64,000 nt of DNA from Podarcis erhardii (Eukaryota), in assembly GCA_964252035.1 (NCBI GenBank), contig OZ176204.1; one strand, given 5' to 3'. This document shows, piece by piece, positions 37,114 through 52,100 of the stretch. Numbering within the stretch: position 1 is the stretch's first letter; each line of letters opens with the position of its first letter. The translations under genes were made by a program, and so were the position numbers. The notes under the pieces are model-generated. The model was not told the origin of the DNA and ran no database searches. It saw nothing but the letters and a program-made list of their open reading frames with translations.

Positions 37114-40100
37114 ACATACACATACATATATGAGACACAAAGAGAAGACTGTGCACCTGTAGATTTCTGCTTATTTATTGAGTTTTATAATGCTTTATGG
37201 TGGGGGAAGGGGGGAAATGCCCCTTAAGTGAGCCGGCCCCCAGCCAGCCCATCCCACACCTCACTTTGCTTCTGAAAGTGGAGATGCCAATGACAATAGC
37301 CTATGCATGTCTGATATCCAGAAAGAACTATGTTCCACTGGTTCTTTCCACCCCACCATTATGCCCATTACTGTATATTAATGCTGTCCTCCAAGACTAT
37401 TTCTGAAGTTCAGCATTTCCCATCTTGAAGCAGTAGGGGGAGCCAAATCCTATGTGAAGACCATCACTGAATGGAAAACCTGGAAATTTCCTGAATGTTT
37501 GGCTGTCAGTTACTCTGAATTTCTGCTAATTGTAGGACACAGTGCACTATGGGTATAATCCAGTTATATCCATGTGCTTATGCAGGCCCTTCTTACCCAT
37601 TAAGGCTAGTGGCGCAGGGCGCCGGGGCGCCAAGTTCTGGAGGGCGCCAGGCAAGAGTCCGGGGAACACCGAACGAGCGTGCTGAGTGAGCGAGGGTTCG
37701 TGTCCTGCTCCCACCGAGCCGCTCCCGCCTGCAGGTGCCAAATTCTGCGGGGTGCCAGAACGTTAAAAGGGAAAAAACCGAGCTGACAGCACAAAGTGCC
37801 TCTTCCCCACTGGAGAGCCGCCCTCCAGCCACTGCCCGCCTCCTCTAGCCCTAAAAAAAGGTCAACTCTGGGAAAGGGGGGGCGCCGGAGGGATCTTACC
37901 CCCCCCCCGCCCCGTCTCCAAATCTGCCCTGGATCCCCCAGCCCTTTGGAGCAGATTTGGGGTGTGTGGGAGCTGCAGGTTAGAGGAGAGGAAGAAGCAG
38001 CTTCGCTGTGTGAGCAATGGGTCCATAATTTTTGGAGCTCTTAATAATTCTTGTGGTAAAAGGAAACACACATATGAGAATTGTGACTTTGAACCCTAGT
38101 GATAGAAAGAAAATGTATCTTTATTATTGATTTCAAGATCTTTAATAACTTTGCACAAGTTAAAGAAAATATGTGATTATGCTGTAATCCCCCACTTTTT
38201 GGTTTGACATGGAATATATAATTAATATTCAATTTAATTATGTACACATTAAACATTTAAAATTTTCGCTGTAGTGAGAACCAATGTAGGAAAAGTGTGA
38301 GCACATATTTTATTGTACTTTGAAAGTTTCCTCTGATTTGTTGGCTGGTTCTGTATATAAATATTAATATATTATTTGATCTGGTCTGTATTCCGGTATG
38401 TTTAGAGATGAACGACAGAGAAGAGAAAAAGTCAAAATGGAAAAATACTTTATTAAAATATATTACAACAATAAATTGGTCTCCTCTACTTCCGAAGCGC
38501 CTCTTCACCAGGATTTTAAAGTAATATTTCAGCAGATTTTTAGAATTCAAGTATTAAACTGGCCTGAATCTCTTCGATTAGAGGTATGCCTAGTTAGATG
38601 ATAAAAATAGTTTAACAGTGTACCATAGCTGAAGCTGTTCTTTACAAACCATGCACTTTGAAGAAAATTGGATTGTATTTTGATGTAATATTTAAGAACT
38701 ATTGTTCATACTCAGCATAGCTTCCTGTATTTTTATTTTAATGGGTAGGCTGCATAAAAATTGTGTGAATCTATGGTGTTCCATAATGTGTGAAAATGTC
38801 ACATGTCTTTTTCACGCTGTCAGGATTTGGCATCTCAAATTTCCGTGGTGCCCTGTGCAACGCCAAAATCCGGCACTCCCTGCCTCTTGCCTTCCATTGG
38901 ATATCATAGTTGTGGCATTTGCTTCAGCACCCCAAACGCTCCATGCCCGGAGTGATTGTACCAGTCACCCTCCCCTAGACCCACCTTTGATGCTGTGTTA
39001 TATTATCTGTACATGCCAGTGGAAACTGGGGCCAATTGTGGCTTCCTTGTAGGACGTGCTTATGGTAAAGAAGAAAAGATGTAGTTACATTTTGGGAGTA
39101 CATCATGAGTCCATGTGATGCAGCTATTGATTTTGTAATGTGTGGATTTTAGAACATATTTATAATCTTAGATCAGTGGTACCTTTTACACAATATTGTG
39201 CTGTACTGATGACTACTTGTTTATTTAAAAAGAATCCACTTTGCACTAGGTACAGTACTGATTTATAAGATATCAGCCTTTTAATATGTGTATAATAGGG
39301 GTTTTTTTGCATATTTTTTTCCTTGCCTTTCTTTGGTTAAGCTGAGACAGCTTAATCTTCTTTTTTAAAAACATTGGGTGATTTGTTTAATTTTAGATAT
39401 TTGAATCAAGTAGAAAACCGACTTTGTTGGCCAAAGTGTACTTACCTCTTCCCAATAATGTTACATTGAAAAGCAAAGATGTTCTGGACGAGGCAGAGTT
39501 TAGTTGTGAACAACAAGTTAAACCTTCCAGTGGGGCAGTGGGAAGCAGTAAGTTCATAATATATGTTTTTAACTCGATAGGTATGGTGGTGGTGACTACT
39601 ATTTTGCGGATCATTCAAAGCAATATGCTACAATATGTCTCTGTGGATGATCAGTACAGGAAACTAGATATGGGAAGGGTGCCTCTATTAATTCTGCTGC
39701 ACCTGTCAGTATGATAATGGCTTTCTTTTTTAAAATGCTTATTCCTCCCGTTATATCCAGTGATATATTTGATAGAATTAAAAGGTTTTTAAATAGAGCC
39801 CCCAAACTCTGAGGATATTTAGCTTTCTACCTTTAGACCTCTGATAAGTCACTGTGAGGGCTAGTTAATATGCAATGATGGCAGATCCATGCCTTTAGAT
39901 GTAGCTCGATGGGCATAGTCAAGGGGGGGCAGCTGCCCCCCTGAAACAAAACAAATAATAAATACAAATCTGAGGTTCTGCCCTCCCTAACTAAAAACTC
40001 GGCTACACCCATGTGTAGAACTGTCCCAGTCACAGAGTAAAAGGAGCACAGGTAAGGGGTGTATAAGCCACCCTTCACTGACAGCTTACCTTCTTAGAGC

Positions 40101-43100
40101 ATATCATCCTGATTCAAACACCAAGCATTTCTGGGGTAACAAACTGTGAAGAGGTAAATTGAGGGTATTAAAGTTTCAATCAACTGTACACTCTTTTATT
40201 ATTCAAAAACAGACCATCATATCCTCATGTGAGTGGTCAGATCCACGTTTAAACACACGAAGCTGCTGTTGTCATGATTAGTTTGGCCTTAACACTGCTG
40301 TCCTAACCATTTCCATTAACATAATGGTGGCCAGGATACTTCACTCTGATCACTTGTTTGTTATCAGACAAAAAAACCCAGCTCAGGAGTTCGGGTATAA
40401 ATTGGATGTATAGCAGTTATCATTAATTCATTCAAATGATGTAAAAGTAGGAATGTTTGGGGGTGTTAATGGTAGTTTATATCTCATATTTGTTTCCTCT
40501 CTCTCTTTCTGTGTAGGCTTATCCGCATTGCGGCATTAATGTTAGTAATAATATGTTAAACATAAGGTCTTGTTATCAAAAGGCTTATTTCAGTTATGTT
40601 TTTGACAGATGTATCTTTTTTCCTTGATGAAAAGGAAAGAGAAGAACTATGTATTCTGACATCAGGAAAATTAATGTATTCTTTATCTTGGACAGTTGAT
40701 GACACAGGAGCTCCTTTAGCACCCACATTTCAGCCCCTTCATGTTGCCTGCATTAGGTAATAAGGTTTATATTTGCTGAATTAAGTTCCATCATAATGAG
40801 ACTTGTTTATCCCTTTAATTCTTTTTTCTTTTTCTTTAGTATGCCAAGGTATATCGATTCAGGAAAAGGAACTGGAATTTGGCAGCATTCTGACATACAG
40901 AAACTAATTGAGTGGGCAAAAGAAGCCAATATTGATCCAAATAACCCTGACTATTTGGATTTGATTGAGATAATCATGGTAAATATTTAGGTCTTAGTAG
41001 CTAGTGTATCAGTTGATACTTAGGTCTTTGTCATATCAGAGACTTTTTGGAAATGTGAGGTGTGCATTTGACACACATTTTGCATCTGACACACCAGATT
41101 TGCAAGATCCATTCACCTGCACTTTCTGATGTGCAAAATTTGTGTTTTCAGTGATTATGCTTTATCATTTCAGCATGCATGTGGAACATAACATTGCAAG
41201 CGGTATTAAGAAAAGTAAATTTTTTAGTTTACATTTAGAAACAACAGCCATATTTATTTGTTGTAGGCAACTAACTTGCTAAATAAATTATTTTATATTT
41301 CCTAGTATACAAAATCCTTGGAGCAAAATGAATCAAAATACTTTCGTCTTGAACAGCTGCAAGAAGAATTTAACTTTGTTACTGCAGAAGAGATTACAAA
41401 TTGTAAACGTTTCCAGCTGTTGCAGCTGAGAAGCTTGGGACAGTTAGATTTCTATGGTTTCCAGCAAATCCCTCTGTATGACAGAGAAATACCAGACACA
41501 GTCTTTCAGGTATTCCACTTTAAAAACAAATGTTGGCCTACAATTTTGGATACTGTTTGCTTGAATACAAACAGTATTGGCTATGTGTTTCATTCTAATA
41601 TCCGCATTCATGTTGGGCAATATTGATTATGTATTCTGAGGAATGGAGCTTTATGATGCCTTTTTACATAGTTTTAGTAAATTCATTTAAAAAATTTATT
41701 TCCATCTTGTCTTTCTTTCAAGAAGCTCAAGACTGCATACATAATCCCAGGCTGTTGAATAACATATGGAGAAAACAGGAAACAAGGAAATATCAAATAT
41801 ATAATGTTTATATAGGAAATCAAAGATATACATTAATTCATACAAAAAAGTACTTAGAAAGTATTATTCTAAAGCTGAGGGACAAAATGCTTGAGAGTTA
41901 TGCGAGTTTCCCAGATACAATGAAAAATGGAACATAATTGTATCAAATTAACTTGTATATGGCTAGCTGCACAATCCAGTGAAAATTAATGCTTTATGAT
42001 TAATGAACTAATTCTTATTTCAGGCATATGGGAACCAGTTAGAAAAGGACATGATGACAGATGCAGATCCTATTTCTGCACGAAGGAATAGTTCAGCCAC
42101 TTTTGTTAGGATGGTATGATTCTTTCCATAAATTTAATATGAACCATAAATGGCTACAGAAGAACTGGAAATACAGCTAGGTATTTCAGTCTGGGTTGGG
42201 TTCAAGAACTGTTTGAGTCATCTTGTGTCAGACTTGGTTTCATGTCAGTATTGTATGCCTATGAAGCATCAAAATTGTCATCACTGCACCTGCAACAATG
42301 ATCATATGTAGCACACCTGTGCTTAACTGTCCCCGCCATTTGCTGTTGGGATCTGGAGGAACCCTTTCAATTCCCACTTAGAACTAAAAGTAATATCTGA
42401 TTTCAAAATAAAAAATAAATAAAAAATAGATTTTATCCATATCATGTTCTAAAAAAGTAGTCTGTAATGCAAAAACATTTGAAGTATATTTGACCTTACA
42501 ATATTGGTGTCTATGTAGCTAAACCCATGATGATTTAGTTTCAGATTGCATTCATAGAGTCTCTTTTTTATATACAGATGAGAAAACAAGCTACAAAACG
42601 AATTGTGACCATTAGGCACAAGTTTAACTTATCAGATATTGTGAATGATTATGAAGAAATTATATCTATGAGGTACAATATTCATTTATTATGTAAAAGC
42701 TTAATGGACTATACCCCATTCACTTTGCTGCTTAGTGTAGGGCTATGTACATATATTTTTGGCTGTTCTATAATCTTCCATAGACCACCTGACTAAAGTT
42801 TCTGAATTTTACGGTTCATTTTATTACAAATAGCCTATAGAAAAACATTGAAGTTTAAAACTCATTTTTCTAGAATTATGTTACAAAATGCATAATTAAG
42901 ATTTAGATTTTTCTCATATGAGCATATGCAAGTCTGATCTAAATTATTTCCTTCTTTTAAATAGTGAATTGAGTAATGCAATTTTCAAGCTAGGTGAACG
43001 CAAAAGGCATTTGAAACCACAAAGGAAAGAGAGGCGAAAGATTCCAGCACAGGCTGTCTCTGATGGAGATGTAAAACTTCTCATCAGAATATTGAGAGCC

Positions 43101-46100
43101 TATAATATTCCTGCAAGAAAGGCACCACCAACTAAGTAGGTACAGAATTCCTAGATTATAAAGGTCTTGACTCTTGAGAATGACCGCTCCCCGCATAAAA
43201 CGGGAGGCAACCTTTGTGTGGACACGCGCAGCCCCTGGATCTGGAGCGGCTCCATCAGCATAGGCTTGGCTTTGCCTTCCCTCAGGTGGGATACCTGGAG
43301 GTCTCCGCCTACCCCAGTCAGTTGTCCAGTCCCACCTGGGGGAAGCGTTGCCAAGGAGATTAGGCCAGGTAGGGGAGGGATTACCTGCCCACACAATAGA
43401 GGGAGGATCTTACCTGGGAATCCTCACTTGGCTCCAGAGCTTCTCCCACCCTACCCACCCTCAGTTAATGCCTTATTTTGCAGGTTAACTCTTCTTCACA
43501 GGTTTTGCAGGTTAACTTTTCTTCACAGGTATGCGGGCGCTGCTACGTTAAGGTCACTGTCAAAGGGCCGGAAAGAAATTTCCCTGCATTGGCAGGTTTC
43601 GCCTTTCCCGTAGCAAAACGTCACAACTCTGGCAGTATCAGGCCTTGGGCGGAATCCTTTTGTCCATCTTCCTCTTTGCAGCGGCGATACCAGGGCTCCC
43701 TGTTAAAGGGGTTTCTGAAGGGAGGCTTTGACCGTACGCCGAAAGGTCGTCATTGCTCTCCCTTGCGGTGGTGGCGTAACGGGGGTGGCTATCTCTGCTT
43801 GAACATATGTTCTCCAGAGCCGACCCATCCCCCACACAAACACTGGATAACCCTGATGCTCCCTAGGTCCTCGGCTGGGGACTGGGGAGGGAGAACGCCC
43901 AATGCCTGAGCCAAGGTCTACCCACATTTGAAATTTAATAAAGTTGTGGCCAATTTAATCCCATAGCACGTTGTCTTGAGTCGTTATTCCACATGATGGG
44001 GGAGGGGCGCTCGGGATCTGGGGACTCCGCCTGTCCACGCAAAGACTGTTTATATCAACACATTGTGTCATAGAGAATTGCATAATGGTTGGGTTCTGTC
44101 TGTCTCGGGAGTTGCATACATATTTCATAATCTGTTCTATATGCCTATCAGTATAAAGTTTCCCCTTGGACATAACATCTAGAATGAAGGAACCATTTCA
44201 ACTGCTAAGAATACTGCTACAAATATTTTGTTAAGTATCTTCAGTATCTTAAAAGTCACTGAATGAAGTGAGACAGATACAATGGTTAAGTTAGAAAAAA
44301 ATATTTATGGGAAAATACAGTGAAATAGAAGTATAACAAGGAGAATTATAGGGAAAGCATATTAAAACATAGTGCATATTTTACTGCAGCTTCTAATCAT
44401 CAACACATTGTTAGCATTTTGTGCTATTTTTATCTGAAGTTCAGCTGTGCAGTGAAATACTATTTTAGTGTACAGATATGTAGAAGGATTTTGTGAAAGT
44501 GTAAATGGTTAGCATAATAGCCACTAAATCTAATCAAATTATGTTGAAAAATCAAGGCTTTAGTGTATTCTGAAACAAACTAATAATAATTTTACAAGTT
44601 ACAGTGTTTGAAAGTATGTTTGTTCTTTTATACATTACTATGCAAGTAATTTGGATTACAAAATAGTATGCCGTAGCTGCAAGCAAACAGAGCTTCCTTT
44701 CAGAGAATCTAAATAATATTTTAACAATAATGATTGACGTAGGGGGCAAATCACAAAATACTTGCACTGGTTTAGTCTCATTGACTTGCATAGAATTACA
44801 AGCATTATGCTGCAATTCTCCCTTAAGAGATGCATTATTCATGATTTTGCTTAAGTAGCAAAGCACAAAGAAAACTATTAACTATTATTGCTTCCAAACT
44901 CAGAATGAAGGCATGGATGGATGGATGTGGTTTAAATAAAGAGCCACAACTTTATTGAGCCACTGAATATTGAGCTACCTGCAACAGGCAGACTAATCTT
45001 AATTTAGCACACACACTCTACAAATGTAGGTGCCTACCAGGTTGTGGAGGTATAGCAATGGATACTGCCTCCTGCTGTCTCTGTCTTGCTTGGCCAACTC
45101 CATCTTGGCTCAGGGCCCCAGTTCAGAAGATTGCTGCTCATTGCTAACCCCTTTTCACCTGGTTAGCAATTAACGGAAAGCAAGCTGGCTGCCTACCTGC
45201 TGAGATTGCGCCTCTGATAACATTCATTTTTTTCCTGTCTCAGTTTGCAAGTGTGTATGCTGCAATGTCAACTTTCAAAAGTGGTCTTTTCCTGCCTCCA
45301 CTCCAGCAGGAGTGCATTTCTACTGCCTTTTATTTCTAGTAACAACCAGCCAATTATGTACCTATACATAAGTAGGGAATCTTGATGCATGTTAATGAGG
45401 TAAACTTGCTGAAATATGCATGTAATTCTTGTTTACTATCTCAAGGGTTGGAGTTGCTAATTCACCATCCTATTTACCAAATCGTATGTCCAGAGGCAGA
45501 CATATTTTGTCAGGAAATTCAGCCTATTCAGCAGACCCTTTGTATGAGGTAATTATTAAAAACAACAACATTTATATGCTCCCCTCTAAATTAATTTCCA
45601 AATCATGTGTATTTTTTGTGTGCAGAAATTAGTCTAAAGACTGCAGTATATTTAGACATAGTTTTATCTTGTGGTTAAAAGTTTGCTTTCATTGAACAAC
45701 AAGGCCTCTTTTTTGCTTCTGAATCTCAGATATTTCAGCTAATTTGAATGCTAGTATTCAGGGGGTGGAATTTGATTATTACATTGAGGGAGAAGGGAGC
45801 AATCTGTGCTTGAATCAACACCCATGCTGTGCTGGCAGGACTTCAACGAGCTTCGTGGCATAGGGATTGAAAGTTATCCTATACCTTGCAGTAAAATACA
45901 TTTATTTTTGGAGAATGAGGTGATTCTAAAATTTTATTTTTAATGTTGAAGACATAATGTTCTCTGCAATAAGACTAGGTAGAGCAGGGTTCAGACTGAA
46001 TGCAGGACTCAGGTTGTGCTCCAGCAACACAGAGCTCCAGGGTTGGATCAGCAAGGAACAAACTAAGACTTGATGTCATACAGTAGTAGCAACAGCTGTA

Positions 46101-49064
46101 TCCTAAGTGCTAGCCTTGCCCATTGCAAAAAAAGGAGTACCTTCCATGAGTGTCCACAGAAATAATGGAGGCGGGGCAATGTCTATGACTTGTAACCACA
46201 GCTTATTGACTTGATTATTCAGTCTTTTTATGACTGAACCACATGCACATAGTGCTGAAGAGAAACAACAGGAAACTGGTGGGCTGTTCCTGCTGGTGAT
46301 ACACTATATTCTATGACAGGGGTCCCCAAACTAAGGCCCGCGGGCTGGATAAGGCCCGAGGGACTCGTTTATCCAGCCTGCGGCAACCCCCGCTGCTCGC
46401 TCTTACTGGCGCTGCGCTGCGCGGCTGCCCACTTCCGGGTCGGAGGAGCACCGGAAATAACTTGGGCGCATGCACACAATGCTTGCACATGTGCACAAGT
46501 TATTTCCGGTGCTCATCTGGGTCAGAGGAGGCCCGTGCACATGTGCACAAGCTATTTCCGGTGCTCCTCCGACCTGGAAGTGCGCCAGAAATAGCGTGTG
46601 CACACACGTATGGGCACGCACTCCCCCGCCCTCTGGCCTGCTGCCCGGTCGGCGCTGGAGACCCTGGCCTGAGGCGCGGTAAGTTTGCTGGCCACTGTTC
46701 TATGAGATCATACATTTCAGAATTAACTTCTAACAAGCTGCTTGATTTGTCTATTCAACAATAATAGCATAAGGCACTAGTAAGACATATAGCTTCAGTT
46801 TGTCTATACTGTAGGACTCTGAACCAGGTTAAAAAAGTCTAAGACTAAATTCCACACCTTTTACACAGCATCTGCCTTGGCTGTGGTTAGGGATGTAGTT
46901 TACAGTTTGGTACCAGTTTGGTTGTCAATTCACCAAACTGGCAACTGGTTTTGTGATAGAATGAGAACTGGAGTGTATTTTTCTCTCGTAATGCCCACTG
47001 GGTATATTATATTGGGAGGGGGGGAGAGAAATGCATTACATGAGTAACTTTGATACTGATTTTTAAAATGTCTGCAGTTTATCTAAATAAGGAAAATATC
47101 TATGATCAATAGGCCTGAAAATGAGACAAAACCAAAATAAATTCCAGTATGTACTGCACATTTTTATTTTAGGTGGGTGTCCACCCTTTTGTAGAAGTTA
47201 CCTTTCAGGACACAATCTATCAAACTAGCACTGCTGATGGCTCTCATCCATGTTGGAATGAAGAACTGCAAGTTGATTTTATGTAAGTTACATGTATCTC
47301 ACTTTTAATAATGTATACAGTACTTCCAGTTTTCTGTAGCCAAATGTTTTTTACATTGCAGCCTGTTCCATTATTTTAAGTCTCTGATTTCAACTGTATA
47401 TATCGGTTACATATGTTAAATCAGTAATCCCTTATTTTGCATGGTTGTGGAAATTATCTGAATATTATCATAGGGGTTGCCTTGCAGAGAGCCTGAAGAA
47501 TATGAAATGTTGAAGGCTTCAGACTTTTTTTTTGTTTAGAAATATAGGTTTGGATCCCAGGTTCCACATTCTTGAGTGGAAGCAGTTCTGATCATGTATT
47601 TGGTGAGTGGAGGGAGTCACAGATTTCCTCCCAGCTGCAGAATCTCCTGGAGGATAAAGATACCAATGGCGACTAGCTGTGATGGCTATGTTCTGCTTTC
47701 GCTTTTGGAGGCAGTATGTCTCTTAAGAACCAGCTTCTTGGAATCACAAGTAGGGAGGGTGCTGTTGCACTCAGGTCTTCCTTGTAGTCTTCCCATGGGC
47801 ATCTGTTTGGCCAGTGTAAAAACAGGATGCTGGACTATATGTGTCTTCAGTCTGACCCATTGGGGCTCTTCTGCTGCCCCACCTCCTCAACTATTCATGG
47901 CAGGACCCATTCAGAATGGCTTGAGAGGTTATGCATAAAGATGCAGTGCACAAGCAGAACTGCTTACAGAACATTAAACCAAAACCTCAGTACAGTATTA
48001 CAGTACAGTCATAACTCGGAAGTCAGTCCATTCCAGAAGTCTGTTCAGCTTCCAAAAGAACGTTTGAAAACCGGAACACTCACTTCTGGTTTTCAATTGT
48101 CTGGGAACTGGAACATTCTACTCCCAAGACGTTCGAGATCCGAGTTACGACTGTACATAGTTTCAGTAACTTTGTTGTCAAAATGTTTGATTTAATGTTT
48201 TTGCTTTTGTTTTTGTTTCAGCTCTCCAGGGCATGATTATACTTTTTCAGGGCTATCTAAAATCAAAGACAATATAAATATTAACATTTTTGATGAATTT
48301 GTGATTGAAAAGCATGAGGTAAATTGTAGACTAAATTTGTTTGGGTAATGTGTACAAGGAATCACAGAAGGTTAGAGTATAATATGGTGGAGTACAGTAT
48401 TGTATTACAGATTTTAAAGAAAAGTCTGGTATTTTGTACACCAAACCCTATTTCAGCATCATATTTGAAACTAGACAGCATTTTTTCTAAGAATATATTT
48501 ATAACCCAGCTAAATCATTTGATACTTTTACAAGTATTAGGTGTTACCTCTTGTTTCTAGTTTAAATATTTACCCTGCATTTCTTTTCAAATTGTTTATT
48601 AACACTAGAAATAAAATTGGTGATATTTAATGAGGAGAGAATATTATTGAAAATCTGTTTCGTGCCCCCAAAGTTTTTGATAAGTTGCTGCAAGGAAAAT
48701 ACTTTTGGTCTGCTTAAACACCTTACACCTTGTTTAGGCAGTAAGTGAATAAAGACATGAGATAGTTCTAAGATTCAGCTGTTGAGAAAACATAGTTGAA
48801 TAATGCATACTAAAATACAAAAGATTAATGCAAATTATTAACTTGGTTAGGACACATGTCCAAAAAACTGCAGTGGTCACTCCTATGTAAGAAAGAATTG
48901 GCTTGGATCAGTTATGTTTCCTTTCTCTACACTCCTGGAGCAATCAAAGGTAATGAAGAAGAATCATGCTTTTAAAGATTTTGTATATTTAGTGTATTTT
49001 TGGTTTCTATGGAAGCCGCCCAGAGTGGCTGGGGACCCCAGCCAGATGGGCGGGGTACAAATAA

Positions 49065-49105
<41 letters not shown>

Positions 49106-52100
49106 GAGTTGCTTTTAAAGTAGCAAGATCGTAATGCAGCCATATCATCAGATTTTTAAACTCTTAGCTTAATACTTGCATTTGTTTCAGTAAGCCAAAT
49201 AATGTATGTTTTCATAGATTTGTGGTACATTTCAAGTAAATATGCCACCGGTTTTGCTTGGATATACTTGGAGTAAGACATATGTGCCTCCCAAAGAAGA
49301 ATGTCATGGTCAGAACTTGAAGGAATATACTTTTTTAACCATTTTTGCCACTATTGAACCTCAAATATCTTCTACTGAAAATAATTTAGAATCAGACAAG
49401 GTTGGCCTTTATTTTTTACTCTGTTTAATAAATAGGATCATTTGCATGAAATTATTGCTTTGAAATTTATAACTGAGATTATAGTTTTGATCTCAGTTTA
49501 AAATAAGTTTTTAAGGACTTTGGAAGAACCGGCTGGATCAGGCCAATTGGCCTTCTAGTCCATCATTCTGCTCTCACAGTGGGCAACCAGATGCCTGTGG
49601 AAAGCCCAAAAGGAGGACCTTATCACAAGAGCATTCCCCACTCTTGTGGTTTGCAACAACTGGTATTCAGAAGCCCACGACCTCCAAGCATGGAAGCAGA
49701 GCATAAACACATGGCTATTAGTTATTCATGGCTGTATCCCCCATGAATTTTTCCAGTCCTCTTTTCAAACCACCCAAGTTGGTGGTCATCATTGCCTCCT
49801 GCAGAAACATATTCCATAGTTTACATGTGTGCTGTGTGAAGAAGCACTTTAGTTTGTTTGTTTTGAATGTTTCAACATTCAGCTTCACTGAATGTCCGTG
49901 AGTTCTAATATTATGAGACAGGGAGAAAAACTTTTTGCTATTAACTTTCTTCATACGTAATTTTATACTGTTTCATCATGTCACCTCTTACTTTCCATAT
50001 ACTGTCCATTCATTCAGTTTGTAGAGGTCTTTTTGGAGCTCTACACCAGGCATAGGCAAACTCGGCCCTCCAGATGTTTTGGGACTACAACTCCCATCAT
50101 CCCTAGCTAACAGGACCAGAGGTCAGGGATGATGGGAATTGTAGTCCCAAAATAGCTGGAGGGCTGAATATGCCTATGCCTGCTCTACACAATCCCTTTT
50201 TGTTTTAACAATCCTGAACAATGAATGACCCTGAACAATTTAATATCATCAGCAAAGTCAGCCACATCACTGTTCACTTCTAACTCTAGATTGTTTTTCA
50301 GTTCATAGATCATGAAGATCAAACACTGTTGCAAAAAGCATACATTTTTAAGCAAACATGCAAAGCATTGTTTCCAAAGAGGAGAATAATAACCTCAGCT
50401 TTTAACAATCAAGGAAGAAATATTTTAGTAACAAAGTACATTACCTCTCTGAATCCACCTCAGCAGTTATTAGATATGTGTGCTGATGAGCCTAACTCAA
50501 CTTCTGTAAGTATGTAATGTTTATCACAGAATCAGCACATACTTGGTGGGCTGGGGTGCTCACAGCAGGGGTCCCACAATTAAAGGCAAACTGTTGGAAA
50601 CTATGAGCTGTAAGGCTGGCATTGCAGCATTTTGTTCCAGCTATGAAACTGAGACATGTGATGCTGAGGACAGTCAATATCACAGCCAAAGCTCACATCC
50701 ATCATCAGGGTGGCATAAGATCATAGCTAACCTCTGTAAGAATGTAAAAAAAAGGTAACACAATGAGTTAATTATTGCTTGATGCCTTTAATTAAATGCC
50801 AAATGTCAGATGGATTATTTTAATATGTCTTTCTGAGACAGGCATACTCCTATTTGTTTTGTAGGATCTTATATCACGATTTGTGTCTTTAATTCCTTGT
50901 ATATCAGACACTGGGGATGAAAATGATGATGTTGATCTTTGGATGACATCAGAGGTATATGCCTTTTTATTTTTGCTGTGCTTTTTTTTACTGGTTTGAT
51001 TTTTTTAAATGTAAATTGCATTTCTTAACCACTTTAAAAAGGATTTTATTGAAGAGCAGGGTATAAATTTCTTAAATAAAAAAAAGTTTTGATGTTAACT
51101 TTTAAGTCATAATAATATACCTGAAAATATGAGCAATGATGTTTGAAATGTTTCTGCAGTTCAAACAGCTTGAAGTTTGAGGGTCTTCTAAGTTAATTAA
51201 GATGAGGGGAGGGGCAGAAGCTAAACTGATAAAAGTAACAAGTCACCAGCCCTGCGTAGCTTTCGTGCAAGTACTGTAGTCAAAAAAGAAATTCCTTAAC
51301 CATGTGTATGCCACAGAATTTGATCAATATATTACACCATTGGAAAGAAAGATTCTAAGAGGAAATTACAGGTGTTACATCTGTTCCAGTTAAAATGGTA
51401 GAAAGTGTTACTAAAGCAAGACTTGCTAAAAAATATGGTAGAATTAGGGCCCCATCAGAATGATGTAGGTAGTTGGCAAAACTTGGATGGGGGCATCTTC
51501 CGCAGGATTACAGAGGCTTCCCGAACTTCATAGTGGCTTTCAAAGGGGTACTTTCATCCCAAGCTAAATAAAGCAGTACAGCAGTATGAGCACCTTGAAC
51601 TTAGTCTGATTATTTTTATTATTTACATAATTATATGTTTAAATATAGCAGTGGAAGAAACATAACTTGTGAGAGCATTGTGATTTTTTTATTTTGCTAC
51701 TTGATCTTTAAATAACATGCAAGCTGCTATTTCTGAACTTCCTCGTGGCAATGCCACTGTAGTATTATTTTTGTGGGAAGATGAAGGATATATGCATTGC
51801 TTTTAAAAATGAATGATCTTCTATTTCTAACAGAATTTCCTTGAACTTGGTATTGGTAGTAAAGAAGAACATGCAGTGCTTCTGTGTAACTACTTTCTGT
51901 ATATTGGGAAAAAAGCATGGGTACTGTTGGGAACATCAGTGTTAGAAGTAAGTCTGGCAAAATATTTCAATCTTTGTTTCTATAATTCAGGGGTTGGTGA
52001 ACTTTTTCGTTCTCAGTTCAGTGCAGATCAGTATGGAGAGAATCAGCGGCAGCAGGAAACCATAGAGGGTGAATGGTTATATGCTAAGTAGATGTTGTTC

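Noticed and set aside
45140-45170. 10-bp perfect hairpin attgctaacc...ggttagcaat
   Set aside because: Short, single instance, compatible with chance in 64 kb.
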